Positions 37,860 through 49,474 of a DNA stretch of 50,912 bases are shown one piece after another; position 1 is the first letter of the stretch; the number at the start of each line of letters is the position of its first letter. The position numbers were made by a program, and so were the translations under genes. Location of the stretch: the NCBI GenBank assembly GCA_043820105.1, contig JBDREC010000031.1:1-50912 (forward strand), given 5' to 3'. Origin of the DNA: Pseudomonadota bacterium. GTDB taxonomy: Bacteria > Bdellovibrionota_F > JAHFAK01 > JBDREC01. The notes below the pieces were generated by a model that saw nothing but the letters and a program-made list of their open reading frames with translations, searched no databases and was not told where the DNA came from.

Positions 37860-37903
37860 AACTAATTACCTCCAATTTTCATAATTATTATTATATTCTT
37901 CAA

Positions 37904-38299
37904 TTATACTCTACGTCTTTTAGGGGGTCTACATCCATTATGTGGAATGGGTGTAACATCCTTAATGTGAGTAATTCTAAGACCTGCAGCCTGTAGAGCT
38001 CTAATTGAAGACTCTCGGCCAGCGCCAGGGCCTTTAACCAAAATACCAATATTTTTCATACCCATATCTACTGCTTTTTTAGCGCAGGTATCAGCTGCTA
38101 CTTGAGCTGCAAAGTGAGTACTTTTTCTTGAACCCTTGAAACCTTTACATCCAGCACTTGACCATGCAACAGTATTTCCGCTAACATCAGTTATTGTAAT
38201 AATTGTATTATTAAAAGTTGCATGTATATGAGCCACACCACTTTGTACAATCTTTTTTTCTCTTTTCTTAGCTTTTGTTATAACTTTTTTAGCTGCCAC
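37904..38299 (-). CDS. rpsK: 30S ribosomal protein S11
   Basis: [25 protein letters not shown]. Confidence 0.98.
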   Translation of the reverse strand: MAAKKVITKAKKREKKIVQSGVAHIHATFNNTIITITDVSGNTVAWSSAGCKGFKGSRKSTHFAAQVAADTCAKKAVDMGMKNIGILVKGPGAGRESSIRALQAAGLRITHIKDVTPIPHNGCRPPKRRRV

Positions 38300-38325
38300 T
38301 ATATTATCTCCTTTTTAGATTAATC

Positions 38326-38691
38326 CTATTTCTTTTTCATAAGTGCTTTTCTAGGACCTTTTCTTGTTCGAGCATTTGTCTTGGTTCTTTGACCCCTTAG
38401 AGGCAAGCCTCTTCTATGCCTTAGGCCTCTGTAAGAACCAATATCCATCAATCTTTTAATATTAAAGGTAATTTCTCTTTTAAGATCACCTTCAATTCTA
38501 TATTCACCTTCAATTACTTTTCTTAGCTTGACAACTTCTTCTTCACTAAGTTCATCTGAATTTTTATCAAAATCAATTTCAACTTGATCCAAAATCTTTT
38601 GAGAAGTTGGTCTCCCAATTCCAAAAATATAAGTAAGAGCAATTTCCATTCTTTTGTTTTTTGGTAAATCTATACCTGCTATACGTGCCAT
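38326..38691 (-). CDS. rpsM: 30S ribosomal protein S13
   Basis: [26 protein letters not shown]. Confidence 0.98.
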   Translation of the reverse strand: MARIAGIDLPKNKRMEIALTYIFGIGRPTSQKILDQVEIDFDKNSDELSEEEVVKLRKVIEGEYRIEGDLKREITFNIKRLMDIGSYRGLRHRRGLPLRGQRTKTNARTRKGPRKALMKKK

Positions 38692-38701
38692 TTATAACCT
38701 C

Positions 38702-38815
38702 CTATCCCTGTCTCTGCTTATGTTTAACAATATCACACAGAACAATAATGTTTCCATGCCTCTTGATAATCTTGCATTTTTTGCATCTTACTTTAACAGA
38801 TGTTTTTACTTTCAT
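38702..38815 (-). CDS. rpmJ: 50S ribosomal protein L36 (not in ORF track)
   Basis: Translates [37 protein letters not shown]. Confidence 0.95.
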   Translation of the reverse strand: MKVKTSVKVRCKKCKIIKRHGNIIVLCDIVKHKQRQG

Positions 38816-38866
38816 TTTTTTATCCTTATTTAGCTGTATGCAACAACAAGCAAGGTGTAAGAATAT

Positions 38867-38898
38867 ACTTACCACTTACCACTTATCACTTACCACTT
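38867..38898. repeat. heptamer micro-array ACTTACC after the infA stop
   Basis: acttacc acttacc acttatc acttacc actt. Confidence 0.8.
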
Positions 38899-38901
38899 TC
38901 G

Positions 38902-39117
38902 CTATCCTCTATAAATAATTCTACCTCTAGTTAAATCATAAGGTGATAGTTCAACTTTTACCCTATCTCCTGGTAGAATTTTAATAAAATGCATTCTCAT
39001 TTTGCCTGAAATATGAGCAAGTATTTTGTGTCCATTTTCAAGCTCAACCTTAAACATTGCATTAGGCAATGGTTCCAAAACAGTTCCTTCAACTTCTATA
39101 GAACCTTCTTTTGCCAT
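38902..39117 (-). CDS. infA: translation initiation factor IF-1
   Basis: [28 protein letters not shown]. Confidence 0.98.
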   Translation of the reverse strand: MAKEGSIEVEGTVLEPLPNAMFKVELENGHKILAHISGKMRMHFIKILPGDRVKVELSPYDLTRGRIIYRG

Positions 39118-39134
39118 AAAATAACCTCATCTTG

Positions 39135-39204
39135 AAGTCGTAAGTCGTAAGTCGTAAGTGGTAAGTTTAATACTTACCACTTACCACATACCACTTACCA
39201 CTTA
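39135..39204. repeat. inverted heptamer micro-arrays (AAGTCGT/AAGTGGT x4 / ACTTACC x4)
   Basis: Fills the map-infA gap. Confidence 0.85.
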
Positions 39205-39954
39205 TTATGGTAAACTTAAAACCAATGGACCATTTTCAGTAATCGCTACTGAGTGCTCAAAATGAGCTGAATTTTGTCCATCCTCAGTAACTACAGTCCA
39301 ATTATCTTGCAAAACTTTAACCTTCCAGGTTCCTTTATTAATCATTGGCTCAATTGCTAAAATCATTCCTTTTTGTAAAGCAGGTCCTTTATCTACTGTT
39401 ACAAAATTTGGGATCTGGGGGCTTTCATGCATTTTTCTACCAATTCCATGACCCACGTAATCTCTAACGACTCCAAATCCTTCTTTTTCGGCTGTTTCCT
39501 GAACTGCCTTTGAAATATCGCTAATTCTATTGCCAATTTGAGCTTTCTCAATACCATTTTCTAATGCTTTTTTTGTAACAGCCATTAAATTCTCATCAGT
39601 TTTACTTACTTGCCCAACAGGAATAGTTACTGCTGAATCACCAAAAAAACCCTTATAAATCACTCCAAAATCAACGCTAATTATGTCCCCTTTTTTTAAT
39701 TTTCGTTCATTGCTTGGTATCCCATGAACAACTTCGTCATTTATGGAAACACAAACAGATTTTGGAAAGCCCATATATCCCAAGAAGGCTGGTTTTACCT
39801 TCTTCTTTTTACAAATATCATTTGCTAACTTATCAATTTCTTCAGTAGCCAAGCCAATATCAACTATTTTTACTACTTCACTTAAAACTTCATATACAAT
39901 TAAGTTGCAATCTCTTAATATCTTTATTTCTTCGTCTGTTCTTATATTAATCAT
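39205..39954 (-). CDS. map: type I methionine aminopeptidase
   Basis: CVSINDEVVHGIP, GDSA.T, GHGIG..MHE.P, AIEPM, SAHFEH; ATG 39954 overlaps the adk stop. Confidence 0.96.
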   Translation of the reverse strand: MINIRTDEEIKILRDCNLIVYEVLSEVVKIVDIGLATEEIDKLANDICKKKKVKPAFLGYMGFPKSVCVSINDEVVHGIPSNERKLKKGDIISVDFGVIYKGFFGDSAVTIPVGQVSKTDENLMAVTKKALENGIEKAQIGNRISDISKAVQETAEKEGFGVVRDYVGHGIGRKMHESPQIPNFVTVDKGPALQKGMILAIEPMINKGTWKVKVLQDNWTVVTEDGQNSAHFEHSVAITENGPLVLSLP

Positions 39955-40603
39955 TACTCTTTTCAATCTTCGCTACAATATCACTAAAAACTGCACTCGC
40001 CTCTTTTTCACCATTAATATTTATTAACAATGCCTTTTTTTCATAATACTTAGTAAGCTCTAAATCAATAGTGTGATAGATATTTAAGCGACCCTTAATA
40101 ACATCCTCATGATCATCTTCTCTTTTTGTGAGCTTTCCACTGCACTTATCGCATTTATCTTCAAAATTTGTGTTTTTAAAATAAATATTATAATCTGCAT
40201 TGCATTTTTCACAGCTTCTTCTACCTGATAATCTTTTAATAACTAATTCATCGCTAGCAACAATTCTAAAGACAAAATCAATTTTCTTTTTTGAACCAGC
40301 CAGAATTTCATCAAAGATTTTAGCCTGATTTAGATTTCTAGGAAATCCATCCATTATAAAACCATTTTTAAACTTATTTGTCTTTAGTTCTCTAACTACA
40401 AACTCACAAGTTATATCATCTGGTACAAACTCTCCCCTATCAATAAGCTCTTTTATTTTTCTCGCTAAAGGATCATCACTCTCACGACCAATCTTTCTAA
40501 AAAGTTCGCCGGTTGAAAGTTGAAACGAACCATATTTCTTTGATATCAATTTAGCCTGAACTCCTTTTCCTGACCCAGGAGCTCCCGCAAGAACTATGTT
40601 CAT
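39947..40603 (-). CDS. adk: adenylate kinase
   Basis: [13 protein letters not shown], Cys-containing LID, REDD. Confidence 0.95.
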   Translation of the reverse strand: MNIVLAGAPGSGKGVQAKLISKKYGSFQLSTGELFRKIGRESDDPLARKIKELIDRGEFVPDDITCEFVVRELKTNKFKNGFIMDGFPRNLNQAKIFDEILAGSKKKIDFVFRIVASDELVIKRLSGRRSCEKCNADYNIYFKNTNFEDKCDKCSGKLTKREDDHEDVIKGRLNIYHTIDLELTKYYEKKALLININGEKEASAVFSDIVAKIEKSND

Positions 40604-41934
40604 CTCTTTCTTCCTCTTAGCCTCCCGCCCTTTTGGCCCATGAATCCATCATAACTTCTGGAAATTAAGTGAGATTCAATTTGAGCGACTGTATCAAGTG
40701 CTACACCAACAACAATTAATAATGCTGTTCCACCAAAATAAAAAGGAACTTTATATGATTGCATTAAAAATGTTGGCAACACACAAATGATAGATATATA
40801 AATTGCACCACCTAAGGTGATCCTTGTTAATATTCTGTCAATATATTCTGCTGTTTTCTTTCCTGGTCTAATTCCTGGCACATATCCGCCATATTTTTTC
40901 ATATTGTCAGCTACATCAGTTGGATTAAAGGTGACAGCTGTATAAAAATAGCAGAAAAAGATAATAAACCCAACATAAACTAAATTATATACCCAATTGC
41001 CTGGATAAAACAGATTTAATAATGTTGCTAGCCATTCATGTTTATCCAAAGTTTCTTTTGGTATAAAGCTTGAAACAGTGGCAGGAAACATTAAAATAGA
41101 AGATGCAAAAATTGGAGGAATAACACCTGAAGTATTAATCTTCAATGGAAGGTGTGTACTTTGTCCGCCATACATTTTTCTTCCAACAACCCTTTTAGCA
41201 TATTGTACTGGAATTCTCCTTTGTCCTCTTTCACAGAAAATGATAACTCCAACTACAGCTATCATGAAAATCACAACTCCTAATCCCGTGATAATCTTAA
41301 TATCACCAGTTTTTAGAGCTTGAAAAAGATTAGTTGTGGCAGCAGGCATTCTTGCAACAATGTTTGCAAAAATGATTAAAGAAATTCCATTGCCTATACC
41401 TCTTTCGGTTATCTGTTCTCCAAGCCACATGATAAAAGCAGTACCTGCTGTTAAGGTTAATACAGTCATAAGCTGAAAACTCAAACCAGGATGAAAAACA
41501 ACAGGTAAGCCACCTTGTGGACCCATGCTTTGGATTGCTGCACTAATACCATAACCCTGAATAACACTTAAAAGAACTGTTCCATATCTGGTATACTGTG
41601 TGATTTTCTTTCTTCCAGCATCACCTTCTTTACTTAATCTTTCGAGTGATGGAATAACAACCGTCAAAAGCTGAAGAATAATTGATGCACTAATATAAGG
41701 CATAATACCAAGTGCAAAAACTGACAGTCTTTCAAGAGCTCCGCCAGAGAACATGCTTACTAAACCAAAAATTGTTCCTGATTGTTGCTCAAAAAACTTA
41801 GCAATAGCTGCACCATTAACACCTGGTGTCGGCACATGAACGCCAACTCTATAAATAGCTAGAAAAAAAAGTGTATATAAAATTCTTTTTCTCAGTTCAG
41901 GAATTTTTGGTATATTTATGGCTGAATTTAACAA
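40600..41934 (-). CDS. secY: preprotein translocase subunit SecY
   Basis: [41 protein letters not shown]. Confidence 0.98.
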   Translation of the reverse strand: MLNSAINIPKIPELRKRILYTLFFLAIYRVGVHVPTPGVNGAAIAKFFEQQSGTIFGLVSMFSGGALERLSVFALGIMPYISASIILQLLTVVIPSLERLSKEGDAGRKKITQYTRYGTVLLSVIQGYGISAAIQSMGPQGGLPVVFHPGLSFQLMTVLTLTAGTAFIMWLGEQITERGIGNGISLIIFANIVARMPAATTNLFQALKTGDIKIITGLGVVIFMIAVVGVIIFCERGQRRIPVQYAKRVVGRKMYGGQSTHLPLKINTSGVIPPIFASSILMFPATVSSFIPKETLDKHEWLATLLNLFYPGNWVYNLVYVGFIIFFCYFYTAVTFNPTDVADNMKKYGGYVPGIRPGKKTAEYIDRILTRITLGGAIYISIICVLPTFLMQSYKVPFYFGGTALLIVVGVALDTVAQIESHLISRSYDGFMGQKGGRLRGRKR

Positions 41935-41948
41935 TTTATTACCTCAAA

Positions 41949-42389
41949 TTAAATTAGTTCAACTTTTCCGCCCGCTTTTTCAATCTTTTCTTTTGCTGAT
42001 TTTGAAAAAGCATGCGCTTTAATAGTTAACGATTTTGATAAATCACCGTTGCCAAGTATCTTAATAAAAGATTCTTTATGTTTAATAAGATTGTATTTAA
42101 TGAGTTCTTCTGTAGAAACTTGTGTTTCTTCACCAATCCTATCGAAATCCTTTAAGTTAACAATTTCCACTTTTTTAGCGAAAATATTACAGAAACCTCT
42201 TTTAGGAAGTCTTCTTTGCAGTGGCATTTGACCACCTTCAAACCATAAAGGAACTTTTCCGCCAGATCTGGATTTTTGACCTTTGTGTCCTCGACCTGAG
42301 GTTTTTCCAAGACCAGATCCAATACCGCGACCTACTTTTTTAATGCTATGTTTTGATCCTGCACATGGTTTCAACTCGTTAAGTTTCAT
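41949..42389 (-). CDS. rplO: 50S ribosomal protein L15
   Basis: GRG.GSG.GKTSGRGHKGQ, FEGGQMPL.RRLPKRGF. Confidence 0.98.
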   Translation of the reverse strand: MKLNELKPCAGSKHSIKKVGRGIGSGLGKTSGRGHKGQKSRSGGKVPLWFEGGQMPLQRRLPKRGFCNIFAKKVEIVNLKDFDRIGEETQVSTEELIKYNLIKHKESFIKILGNGDLSKSLTIKAHAFSKSAKEKIEKAGGKVELI

Positions 42390-42423
42390 TTAACCTCCAA
42401 TAAACAACTATATCTAATAATTA

Positions 42424-42606
42424 TTATATTTCTTCAATTTCTAATAAGTGAATAATTTTCTTTGCCATTCCCCTAATACAAGGGTCATTTTTTCTTATAA
42501 CAGTTTGACCTCTTTTTTTAAGTCCTAGACCAAGAGCACATGCTCTTTGGTGTTTTGTTGAACAAATAAGGCCTTTTGATAATGTAATTTTAAGTTCTTC
42601 CTTCAT
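42424..42606 (-). CDS. rpmD: 50S ribosomal protein L30
   Basis: LGL.K, IRGM..K..HL; located between rpsE and rplO. Confidence 0.93.
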   Translation of the reverse strand: MKEELKITLSKGLICSTKHQRACALGLGLKKRGQTVIRKNDPCIRGMAKKIIHLLEIEEI

Positions 42607-42629
42607 AATAAATTACCTTCCATGTAATC

Positions 42630-43250
42630 TTATTCTTTATTTTCTTCTTCGCTTGCTTTAAGTTCTTCTGTAAAGGATTTTTCCTCTATAACTTCTTGTT
42701 TTTTAGTAGGTTCTTTTTTCGCTTCTTTTTTTGGAGCTTCAACTTTTACACGTTTAACTTTTTCTCTATCTTTTACAGCTTCTTTATAAATACCTGCTTT
42801 AGGATCCTTTAATAAAGTAAGTCCATTGACAGTAGCCTTAACAACATTGTGTGGATTATTAGAACCAATACTTTTTGACAAGATATTATGAACTCCAACA
42901 ACTTCCATGACAGCTCTAACTGGACCACCGGCAACAACACCCGTACCAGGAGCAGCTGGTTTTAACATAACTTTTCCAGCTCCATGTCTTCCCATAACTT
43001 CGTGAGGGATAGTGTCATTTAAAAGTGCGACCCATTGCATGTTTCTTTTGGCGGCTTCGCTACCTTTTCTAATGGCTTCTGGAACTTCATTTGCTTTTCC
43101 CAGACCATAACCAACTTTGCCTTCTCCATCACCAACAACTACTAAAGCATTAAAACTAAATCTTCGTCCACCTTTTACAACTTTGGCTACTCTATTTATC
43201 ATTACTACTTTTTCAATGAATTCTGATTCGTAATTATTATTTGTTTCCAA
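42630..43250 (-). CDS. rpsE: 30S ribosomal protein S5 with charged C-terminal extension
   Basis: [27 protein letters not shown]. Confidence 0.97.
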   Translation of the reverse strand: METNNNYESEFIEKVVMINRVAKVVKGGRRFSFNALVVVGDGEGKVGYGLGKANEVPEAIRKGSEAAKRNMQWVALLNDTIPHEVMGRHGAGKVMLKPAAPGTGVVAGGPVRAVMEVVGVHNILSKSIGSNNPHNVVKATVNGLTLLKDPKAGIYKEAVKDREKVKRVKVEAPKKEAKKEPTKKQEVIEEKSFTEELKASEEENKE

Positions 43251-43310
43251 ATCTTAACCTCTCTATTTTATTAATATTAATCCTAAAACTTTATTGTTTT
43301 ATAATTTTAA

Positions 43311-43673
43311 TTAAATTTTAATTCCTGCTTTTCTAGCTGCATCTGCAAGGGCTTTAATTTTACCGTGATATAAATAGCCATTTCTATCAAAAGAAACAGT
43401 TTCTATACCTTTTTCTTTTAGTTTTTTTGAAATTTCTTCGCCAATTGTAGCTGCTACTTTGATATTACATTTTCCTTCTGTTATTTCTTTAATTCCTTTT
43501 GTAAGAGTTGAAACAGAAGCAAGGGTAGTTTTGGAAGCATCGTCAATAACCTGAACATATAAATGTTTGTTGCTTCTATAAACTGTCATTCTTGGTCTTT
43601 CTGTAGTACCACTAATGATGCCTCTAATTCTTTTTTTTCTGCTTAGTCTATTTCTAAATTGTCTCTTGTTCAC
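43311..43673 (-). CDS. rplR: 50S ribosomal protein L18
   Basis: RPR..VYRSNKH, FDR.GY.YHG. Confidence 0.97.
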   Translation of the reverse strand: MNKRQFRNRLSRKKRIRGIISGTTERPRMTVYRSNKHLYVQVIDDASKTTLASVSTLTKGIKEITEGKCNIKVAATIGEEISKKLKEKGIETVSFDRNGYLYHGKIKALADAARKAGIKI

Positions 43674-43701
43674 GGTATTCTCCTAAGTTTTAATTTATGC
43701 C

Positions 43702-44244
43702 TTAAGCTGAACCTGCTTTTCCAACTTTCTTTCTAATAACTTCATCATCATATCTAACGCCTTTTCCTTTATAAGGCTCAGGTGGTCTATAACTTCTAAG
43801 TTCTGCGGCAACTTCACCTACTAAAGCCTTATCACAACCTGAAATAATAACTCTCGTATTTTTATCTTCCAACTGAACCGAAATTCCATCAGGAAGAGGA
43901 TATATAACCTGGTGTGAAAGACCCACATTTAAGGTTAAGTCGTTACCACTTAAGTCTGCTTTATAACCAACACCAACAATTCGTAATTCTCTTTTATATT
44001 CCTCAGTAACACCCTTAATCATATTAAAAATTAATGATCTTGTTAAACCCTGGATAGCACTAGATTGCGTAGTATCATCAATTCGTTTAACAATAATATT
44101 ATTATCTACTACTTCTAAGCTAACTAATTTATGAATGTCTTGTGACAATTTGCCTTTTGGGCCTTCAATTGTAATGCTTTTAGCATCAAAATCAACTTTT
44201 ACGCCTTCAAGAACTGGCACAGGAAGTTTTCCGATCCTAGACAT
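43702..44244 (-). CDS. rplF: 50S ribosomal protein L6
   Basis: MSRIGK start at 44244 after a GGAG RBS; GVGYKA, PEPYKGKGVRY. Confidence 0.97.
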   Translation of the reverse strand: MSRIGKLPVPVLEGVKVDFDAKSITIEGPKGKLSQDIHKLVSLEVVDNNIIVKRIDDTTQSSAIQGLTRSLIFNMIKGVTEEYKRELRIVGVGYKADLSGNDLTLNVGLSHQVIYPLPDGISVQLEDKNTRVIISGCDKALVGEVAAELRSYRPPEPYKGKGVRYDDEVIRKKVGKAGSA

Positions 44245-44254
44245 CTTGAATCTC

Positions 44255-44650
44255 CTAATAAATTGTACAAAGTAATTCGCCGCCAACATTTTCTTGCTTA
44301 GCTTGCGCATCAGTCATTAACCCCTTTGGAGTTGAATAAATGGCAATACCAAAACCACGTTGAACAGGCTTAATATCTTTTGATTTATAATATATTCTTC
44401 TACCAGGTTTACTTTCTCTATCTAAACCATTTATCATATTCTTTTTGCCAATATATCTGTACTGAATCCAGATATTCTTTCTTCCTTTATCTTCAACTAC
44501 CTGATAAGCTGAAATATAATTACTATCTTTTAGTACCTTAGTAATTTCTTCTTTAAAAATTGAATGTGGGATTAGGACATCATCATGTTTAGCGAGTATG
44601 CTATTTCTAATCCTTGTTAAATAATCAGCAATTGGATCTGTTGTGCTCAT
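44255..44650 (-). CDS. rpsH: 30S ribosomal protein S8
   Basis: DPIADYLTRIRN, SKPGRRIY, GGELLC. Confidence 0.97.
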   Translation of the reverse strand: MSTTDPIADYLTRIRNSILAKHDDVLIPHSIFKEEITKVLKDSNYISAYQVVEDKGRKNIWIQYRYIGKKNMINGLDRESKPGRRIYYKSKDIKPVQRGFGIAIYSTPKGLMTDAQAKQENVGGELLCTIY

Positions 44651-44660
44651 ATTAATTCTC

Positions 44661-44846
44661 CTACCAGCTTGATTTCATTACGCCAGGAATATCACCCTTT
44701 AATGAAAGTGTTCTAAAGCAAATTCTACACATTGCAAATTTTCTCATGTAAGCCCTAGGTCTTCCACATAATGGACATCTATTATATTCTCTAACTTTAA
44801 ATTTTTGAGGCCTCACTGCCTTTGCTATAATTGACTTTTTCGCCAC
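44661..44846 (-). CDS. rpsN: 30S ribosomal protein S14 (zinc-binding type)
   Basis: [21 protein letters not shown]. Confidence 0.97.
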   Translation of the reverse strand: MAKKSIIAKAVRPQKFKVREYNRCPLCGRPRAYMRKFAMCRICFRTLSLKGDIPGVMKSSW

Positions 44847-44848
44847 TT

Positions 44849-45403
44849 TTAACTCCTTCTTTCTTTTCTTTCAAAAGGCATTCCAAAAACTTCTAATAAA
44901 GATCTCGCTTCATCATTTGTTTTTGCAGTAGTAACAAAGGTAATATTCATACCTAATACTTTTTCAGTTTTATCATATTCTATTTCTGGAAAAATAGTTT
45001 GATCTTTTAAGCCTAAAGTATAATTGCCTCGACCATCAAAGGCTTTTTTTGAAATCCCCTTAAAATCTTTAACTCTTGGCAATGCTACATTTACTAGTCT
45101 ATCCAAAAATTCATACATTTTTTCGCTTCTTAAGGTAACTTTGCAACCAATAGACATACCTTTTCTTAGTTTAAAAGCGGAAACAGCTAGCTTTGACTTT
45201 GTAATTATAGGTTTCTGTCCTGTAATTTTCATAATATCACTGCCTGCCCATTCTAAAATTTTAGCATTTTGAATAGCTTCGCCTAAACCCATATTAATTG
45301 TAATTTTTTCCAGTTTAGGAATCATCATCTTATTTTTATACTTATACTTTTCCATAAGACTAACTAAACCATCTTTTAAATAGATATCTTTCAATCTCGC
45401 CAT
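44849..45403 (-). CDS. rplE: 50S ribosomal protein L5
   Basis: ITGQKP, KVTLR, LPR..DF.G, FDGRGNY. Confidence 0.98.
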   Translation of the reverse strand: MARLKDIYLKDGLVSLMEKYKYKNKMMIPKLEKITINMGLGEAIQNAKILEWAGSDIMKITGQKPIITKSKLAVSAFKLRKGMSIGCKVTLRSEKMYEFLDRLVNVALPRVKDFKGISKKAFDGRGNYTLGLKDQTIFPEIEYDKTEKVLGMNITFVTTAKTNDEARSLLEVFGMPFERKERRS

Positions 45404-45424
45404 ATTGTTCTCCTAGTCCCTATC

Positions 45425-45754
45425 TTATTTACTTAAAGAGTTATTACATTTCTTACAAATTCGAACTTTTTTACCAGTATCTAAAGTCTTATAACCAACC
45501 CTTGTTGGCTTATTGCAAGATCCACAAATTAACATAACATTAGAAATATGAATTGGAGCTTCTTTTTCAATAATGCCGCCCTGTGGATTCTTTTCAGATT
45601 GTTTTACATGTCTCTTAACAATATTTACTTTTTCAACAACAAGCGACTTTGCTTTAGGAACAACAATTTTTACTTTTCCTTGTTTGCCTTTGTCCTTACC
45701 AGCTAAAATCTTAACAATGTCATTTTTATGAATCTTAAAATATTCTTTCTGCAT
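45425..45754 (-). CDS. rplX: 50S ribosomal protein L24
   Basis: [24 protein letters not shown]. Confidence 0.97.
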   Translation of the reverse strand: MQKEYFKIHKNDIVKILAGKDKGKQGKVKIVVPKAKSLVVEKVNIVKRHVKQSEKNPQGGIIEKEAPIHISNVMLICGSCNKPTRVGYKTLDTGKKVRICKKCNNSLSK

Positions 45755-45788
45755 TTACTATCTCCTGTTTTTAACCCCCTGCGCTCGG

Positions 45789-45815
45789 GGGATCCTGAAA
45801 CAAGTTCAGGATGAC
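45789..45815. repeat. REP-like palindromic element
   Basis: 27-nt gggatcctgaaacaagttcaggatgac, identical to 12002-12028. Confidence 0.8.
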
Positions 45816-45821
45816 GTCCTT

Positions 45822-45877
45822 TTACCAGTAACTAGCAACCAGCAACTTACTTACCGCTTACCACTTACCACTTACCA
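45822..45877. repeat. composite heptamer micro-array (GCAAC[C/T]A then CTTACC[A/G]) after the rplN stop
   Basis: Seen directly in the rplN-rplX gap. Confidence 0.75.
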
Positions 45878-45882
45878 TTTAT

Positions 45883-46251
45883 TTACAATACTTCTGGAGC
45901 CAAAGAAATTATTTTCATAAACTTTTTAGCTCTTAATTCTCTGGCAATTGGTCCAAAGATACGAGTTCCAATTGGTTCATTTTGATCATTAATTAAAACA
46001 GCTGAATTATCATCAAATTTGATAAAAGAACCATCTTCTCTGGATAATTCTTTCTTCATTCTAACAATAACTGCTTTTTTGACATCACCTTTTTTAACTT
46101 TAGAGTTTGGCAATGCTTCCTTTACAGAGACTACAATGATATCACCGATTCTAGCATATTTTCTTTTAGAACCACCCAATACCTTAATGCAGAATAAACT
46201 CTTTGCTCCGGAATTATCAGCAACATCTAATCTTGTCTGCATCTGAATCAT
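45883..46251 (-). CDS. rplN: 50S ribosomal protein L14
   Basis: [29 protein letters not shown]. Confidence 0.98.
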   Translation of the reverse strand: MIQMQTRLDVADNSGAKSLFCIKVLGGSKRKYARIGDIIVVSVKEALPNSKVKKGDVKKAVIVRMKKELSREDGSFIKFDDNSAVLINDQNEPIGTRIFGPIARELRAKKFMKIISLAPEVL

Positions 46252-46288
46252 AATTAACCTCTCTTTTAATTTTCTAAATTATTAAGTA

Positions 46289-46555
46289 TTAGTTAATAAT
46301 AGTTGTTTTCTCAATTATTTCACTAACTCTCCACCTTTTATCTTTACTTAAAGGTCTTGTTTCAACTATTGTGACCTTATCACCAATACTGCACTCATTT
46401 TTCTCATCATGAGCTTTATAAGTGCTGTTAGTAGTAATATATTTTTTAAACTGTGCATGTTTTACTTTTCTTTTAACAGTAACAACAACAGTCTTGTCCA
46501 TCTTATTACTTTTAACTCTTCCCACTAAGGTCTTTTTATTTACTTTTCTCTCCAT
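46289..46555 (-). CDS. rpsQ: 30S ribosomal protein S17
   Basis: [23 protein letters not shown]. Confidence 0.97.
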   Translation of the reverse strand: MERKVNKKTLVGRVKSNKMDKTVVVTVKRKVKHAQFKKYITTNSTYKAHDEKNECSIGDKVTIVETRPLSKDKRWRVSEIIEKTTIIN

Positions 46556-46579
46556 TTAAACATTCCTTATGCTTGAGAT

Positions 46580-46783
46580 TTATGCATTTACATTTTGTTC
46601 GTTTTTTTGAGCATTAATCATAGTATTAATGCGAGCCAATTCTTTTCTCTTTATCTTAACAAGATGAGATCGCTTCAACTGGGATGTAGCCTTTTGAATT
46701 CTCAATTTAAGAAGCTCATCTTCGCAATTAGCTTTTTGAGAAACTAACTCTTCTAAAGAGATTTTTTTCTTTTCTTCTGCCAT
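46580..46783 (-). CDS. rpmC: 50S ribosomal protein L29
   Basis: ELLKLRIQ, RKELARINT; located between rplP and rpsQ. Confidence 0.9.
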   Translation of the reverse strand: MAEEKKKISLEELVSQKANCEDELLKLRIQKATSQLKRSHLVKIKRKELARINTMINAQKNEQNVNA

Positions 46784-47196
46784 TAGAATCTCTCCCTTTC
46801 TACAAATTTAGTCTTTAAACTAAGCTTATGTGAAGCAAGTCTAAAAGCTTCTCTTGCAACTTCAATAGTAACGCCTTCAATTTCATATAACATTTTACCA
46901 GATCTAACTGGAGCTACCCATTCCTCTGGTGAACCTTTTCCTTTTCCCATTCTTGTTTCAGCAGGTTTTTTGGTAAGTGGTTTGTCCGGAAAAATTCTAA
47001 TCCAAACTTTACCGCCTCTTTTTACAAATCTGTTAATTGCAATTCTAGCTGCTTCAATTTGCCTGGCTGTAACAAAACCAGGTTCTAAAGATTGCAGTCC
47101 ATAACTTCCAAAACTCAAAGTATTACCAACTGATCTAACACCATTGAGATTTCCCTTTTGCACTTTTCTATGTTTAACTTTTTTAGGTGCTAACAT
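46783..47196 (-). CDS. rplP: 50S ribosomal protein L16
   Basis: [23 protein letters not shown]. Confidence 0.98.
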   Translation of the reverse strand: MLAPKKVKHRKVQKGNLNGVRSVGNTLSFGSYGLQSLEPGFVTARQIEAARIAINRFVKRGGKVWIRIFPDKPLTKKPAETRMGKGKGSPEEWVAPVRSGKMLYEIEGVTIEVAREAFRLASHKLSLKTKFVERERF

Positions 47197-47208
47197 TTTT
47201 TTACTCCA

Positions 47209-47853
47209 TTAATTTTCATGTTTTTTTTCAGTTAAATCACCTTTGCAGATCCATACTTTCACGCCAATAATTCCATAAGTAGTCTTGGATTCAGCAAAAC
47301 CATAATCAATATCTGATTTTAAGGTATGCAGTGGAACTCTTCCTTCTCTATACCATTCTCTTCTAGCCATTTCAGCACCACCAAGTCTGCCTGAACACTG
47401 AATTTTAATACCATCTGCTCCCAATCTCATGGCAGCCTGAACAGCTTTTTTCATCGCTCTTCTAAAGGCAACTCTTCTTTTTAGTTGGATAGCTATATTT
47501 TCAGCAACCAGTTGAGAATCCAGGTCTGGCCTTCTAACTTCCTTAATATTAACAAAAACCTCTTTTTTTACCATTTTTTGAATGTTTTTCTTTAAACCTT
47601 CAATACCCATACCTTTTTTACCAATTACAAGACCAGGTCTTGCAGTATGAATATTGATTTTTACATTCTTTAAAGCAGGTCTTTCGATTTCTATTTTTGA
47701 AATACCAGCAAAATCAAGTGCTTTACCAAAATATTTTCTTAACTTAATATCCTCGTGAAGTAATTGAGCATATTCTTTATCAGCAATCCATCTAGAGTTC
47801 CAATCCTGATATATTCCTAATCTAAAACCTTTAGGATGAACCTTTTGTCCCAC
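47209..47853 (-). CDS. rpsC: 30S ribosomal protein S3
   Basis: [30 protein letters not shown]. Confidence 0.98.
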   Translation of the reverse strand: MGQKVHPKGFRLGIYQDWNSRWIADKEYAQLLHEDIKLRKYFGKALDFAGISKIEIERPALKNVKINIHTARPGLVIGKKGMGIEGLKKNIQKMVKKEVFVNIKEVRRPDLDSQLVAENIAIQLKRRVAFRRAMKKAVQAAMRLGADGIKIQCSGRLGGAEMARREWYREGRVPLHTLKSDIDYGFAESKTTYGIIGVKVWICKGDLTEKKHEN

Positions 47854-47901
47854 TAAATACCTCCTTGTGCGTTAGTATTAATAAATCTGTAAAATTGTTT
47901 T

Positions 47902-48234
47902 CTATTGTTCATCTAAAATAACCTTTATATGACTTGTTCTTTTTCTAATCCTGCTAGCTCTTCCCATTGCCCTTGGCATGAATCTTTTCATTGTAGGACC
48001 TTCATCAACTGTAATGGTTTTTACATATAGGTTATCAACATCAATCTTTTTTGTTTGTTGTGCATTTGCTATTGCTGAATTAACAACCTTTAATATAATA
48101 CCTGCACCTTTTTTTGTGAGATATTTTAAAGTAACAACAGCTGTGTCAATTTTTTCTCCTCTAATAGCATCAGCAACTAATCTTGCCTTAAGGGGAGAAA
48201 TTCGAACATGTTTTAATACTGCTTTAACTTCCAT
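47902..48234 (-). CDS. rplV: 50S ribosomal protein L22
   Basis: RISP.KARLV, PRAMGRA, KRTSHI. Confidence 0.98.
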   Translation of the reverse strand: MEVKAVLKHVRISPLKARLVADAIRGEKIDTAVVTLKYLTKKGAGIILKVVNSAIANAQQTKKIDVDNLYVKTITVDEGPTMKRFMPRAMGRASRIRKRTSHIKVILDEQ

Positions 48235-48274
48235 TTTATCCTCTCATTATGTATTAATTTGAATAATACAAAAT

Positions 48275-48304
48275 CTATAAGCTACCAGCTACAAGCTACC
48301 AGCT
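48275..48304. repeat. heptamer micro-array CTAC[A/C]AG after the rpsS stop
   Basis: ctataag ctaccag ctacaag ctaccag ct. Confidence 0.75.
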
Positions 48305-48583
48305 TTATTTAGCTTTTGACTTTCTATCACCTGAATGACTGTAGAAAGTTCGTGTTCCTGCAAATTCACCCAATTTATGGCCAACCATACTTTCTGTAAC
48401 AAATACAGGTATAAATTTTTTACCATTATGAACCGCAAAAGTTAAACCAACAAAATCTGGTGTAACGGTTGATCTTCTTGACCATGTCTTAATAACTGCT
48501 TTGCTTTTATTAGCTTGAGCTACTTCAATTTTCTTTTCCAAATGATCATCAACAAATGGTCCTTTTTTCAGTGATCTAGCCAA
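48305..48583 (-). CDS. rpsS: 30S ribosomal protein S19
   Basis: [26 protein letters not shown]. Confidence 0.98.
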   Translation of the reverse strand: MARSLKKGPFVDDHLEKKIEVAQANKSKAVIKTWSRRSTVTPDFVGLTFAVHNGKKFIPVFVTESMVGHKLGEFAGTRTFYSHSGDRKSKAK

Positions 48584-48593
48584 GAATTACCTC

Positions 48594-49418
48594 CTATTTT
48601 TTCTTTCTTATAATTATTAGTTTATCAGTAATTTTATTTTTTCTAGTTTTGTGACCCTTAGTTGGAACACCCCATGGTGTACAAGGATGTCTACCACCAG
48701 AAGTTCTTCCTTCACCACCGCCGAGAGGGTGATCAACTGGGTTCATAGCAACACCTCTAACTCTAGGTCTAATACCTTTCCATCTACTTCTACCAGCTTT
48801 TCCAACAACAATAGTTGAATGAACAATATTTCCAACCTGACCAACTGTGGCCCTGCAAGTATTAAGGATCAATCTCATCTCACCAGAAGGCATACGAATA
48901 TGGCAATATTTACCATCTCTAGCCATAACCTGTGCTGAGGTACCAGCTGACCTAATGAGTTGTCCGCCTTTGCCTGGTTTTAATTCAATATTGTGAATTT
49001 GTGTACCAAAAGGCATTTTTTCAAGTGTAAGACTATTTCCAACCCTAATTTCAGCTTTTTCACCAGACATAATCTCATCGCCAACTATTAAGCCTACTGG
49101 ACAAAGAATATATCTTTTCTCACCATCAACGTAATTAATAAGAGAAATAAATGCTGATCTATTTGGATCGTATTCGATTGTGGCAACTTTTCCAGGAATA
49201 TCGATTTTATTTCTTTTAAAATCGATCAACCTATATCTTCTTTTGTGTCCACCACCAATGTGTCTGCTTGTAATTCTGCCGTTTACATTTCTTCCACCAG
49301 TCTTTATAAGACCTTTAACCAAAGATTTCTCTGGTTTTGAAGTAGTAATTTCATCGAAACTATTACTAGTATAATATCTTCTAGCCGGTGTAATTGGTTT
49401 GTACTTTTTAATACCCAT
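48594..49418 (-). CDS. rplB: 50S ribosomal protein L2
   Basis: [26 protein letters not shown]. Confidence 0.98.
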   Translation of the reverse strand: MGIKKYKPITPARRYYTSNSFDEITTSKPEKSLVKGLIKTGGRNVNGRITSRHIGGGHKRRYRLIDFKRNKIDIPGKVATIEYDPNRSAFISLINYVDGEKRYILCPVGLIVGDEIMSGEKAEIRVGNSLTLEKMPFGTQIHNIELKPGKGGQLIRSAGTSAQVMARDGKYCHIRMPSGEMRLILNTCRATVGQVGNIVHSTIVVGKAGRSRWKGIRPRVRGVAMNPVDHPLGGGEGRTSGGRHPCTPWGVPTKGHKTRKNKITDKLIIIRKKK

Positions 49419-49449
49419 TATTTTCTCCGTGTTATCTAATCATCAAATC

Positions 49450-49472
49450 CGCTTCACGCTTCACGCTATGCG
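49450..49472. repeat. heptamer micro-array CGCTTCA after the rplW stop
   Basis: cgcttca cgcttca cgctatg cg. Confidence 0.55.
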
Positions 49473-49474
49473 AA

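Noticed and set aside
44245-44310. N-terminal extension of L6
   Set aside because: It overlaps rpsH; the canonical MSRIGK starts at 44244.
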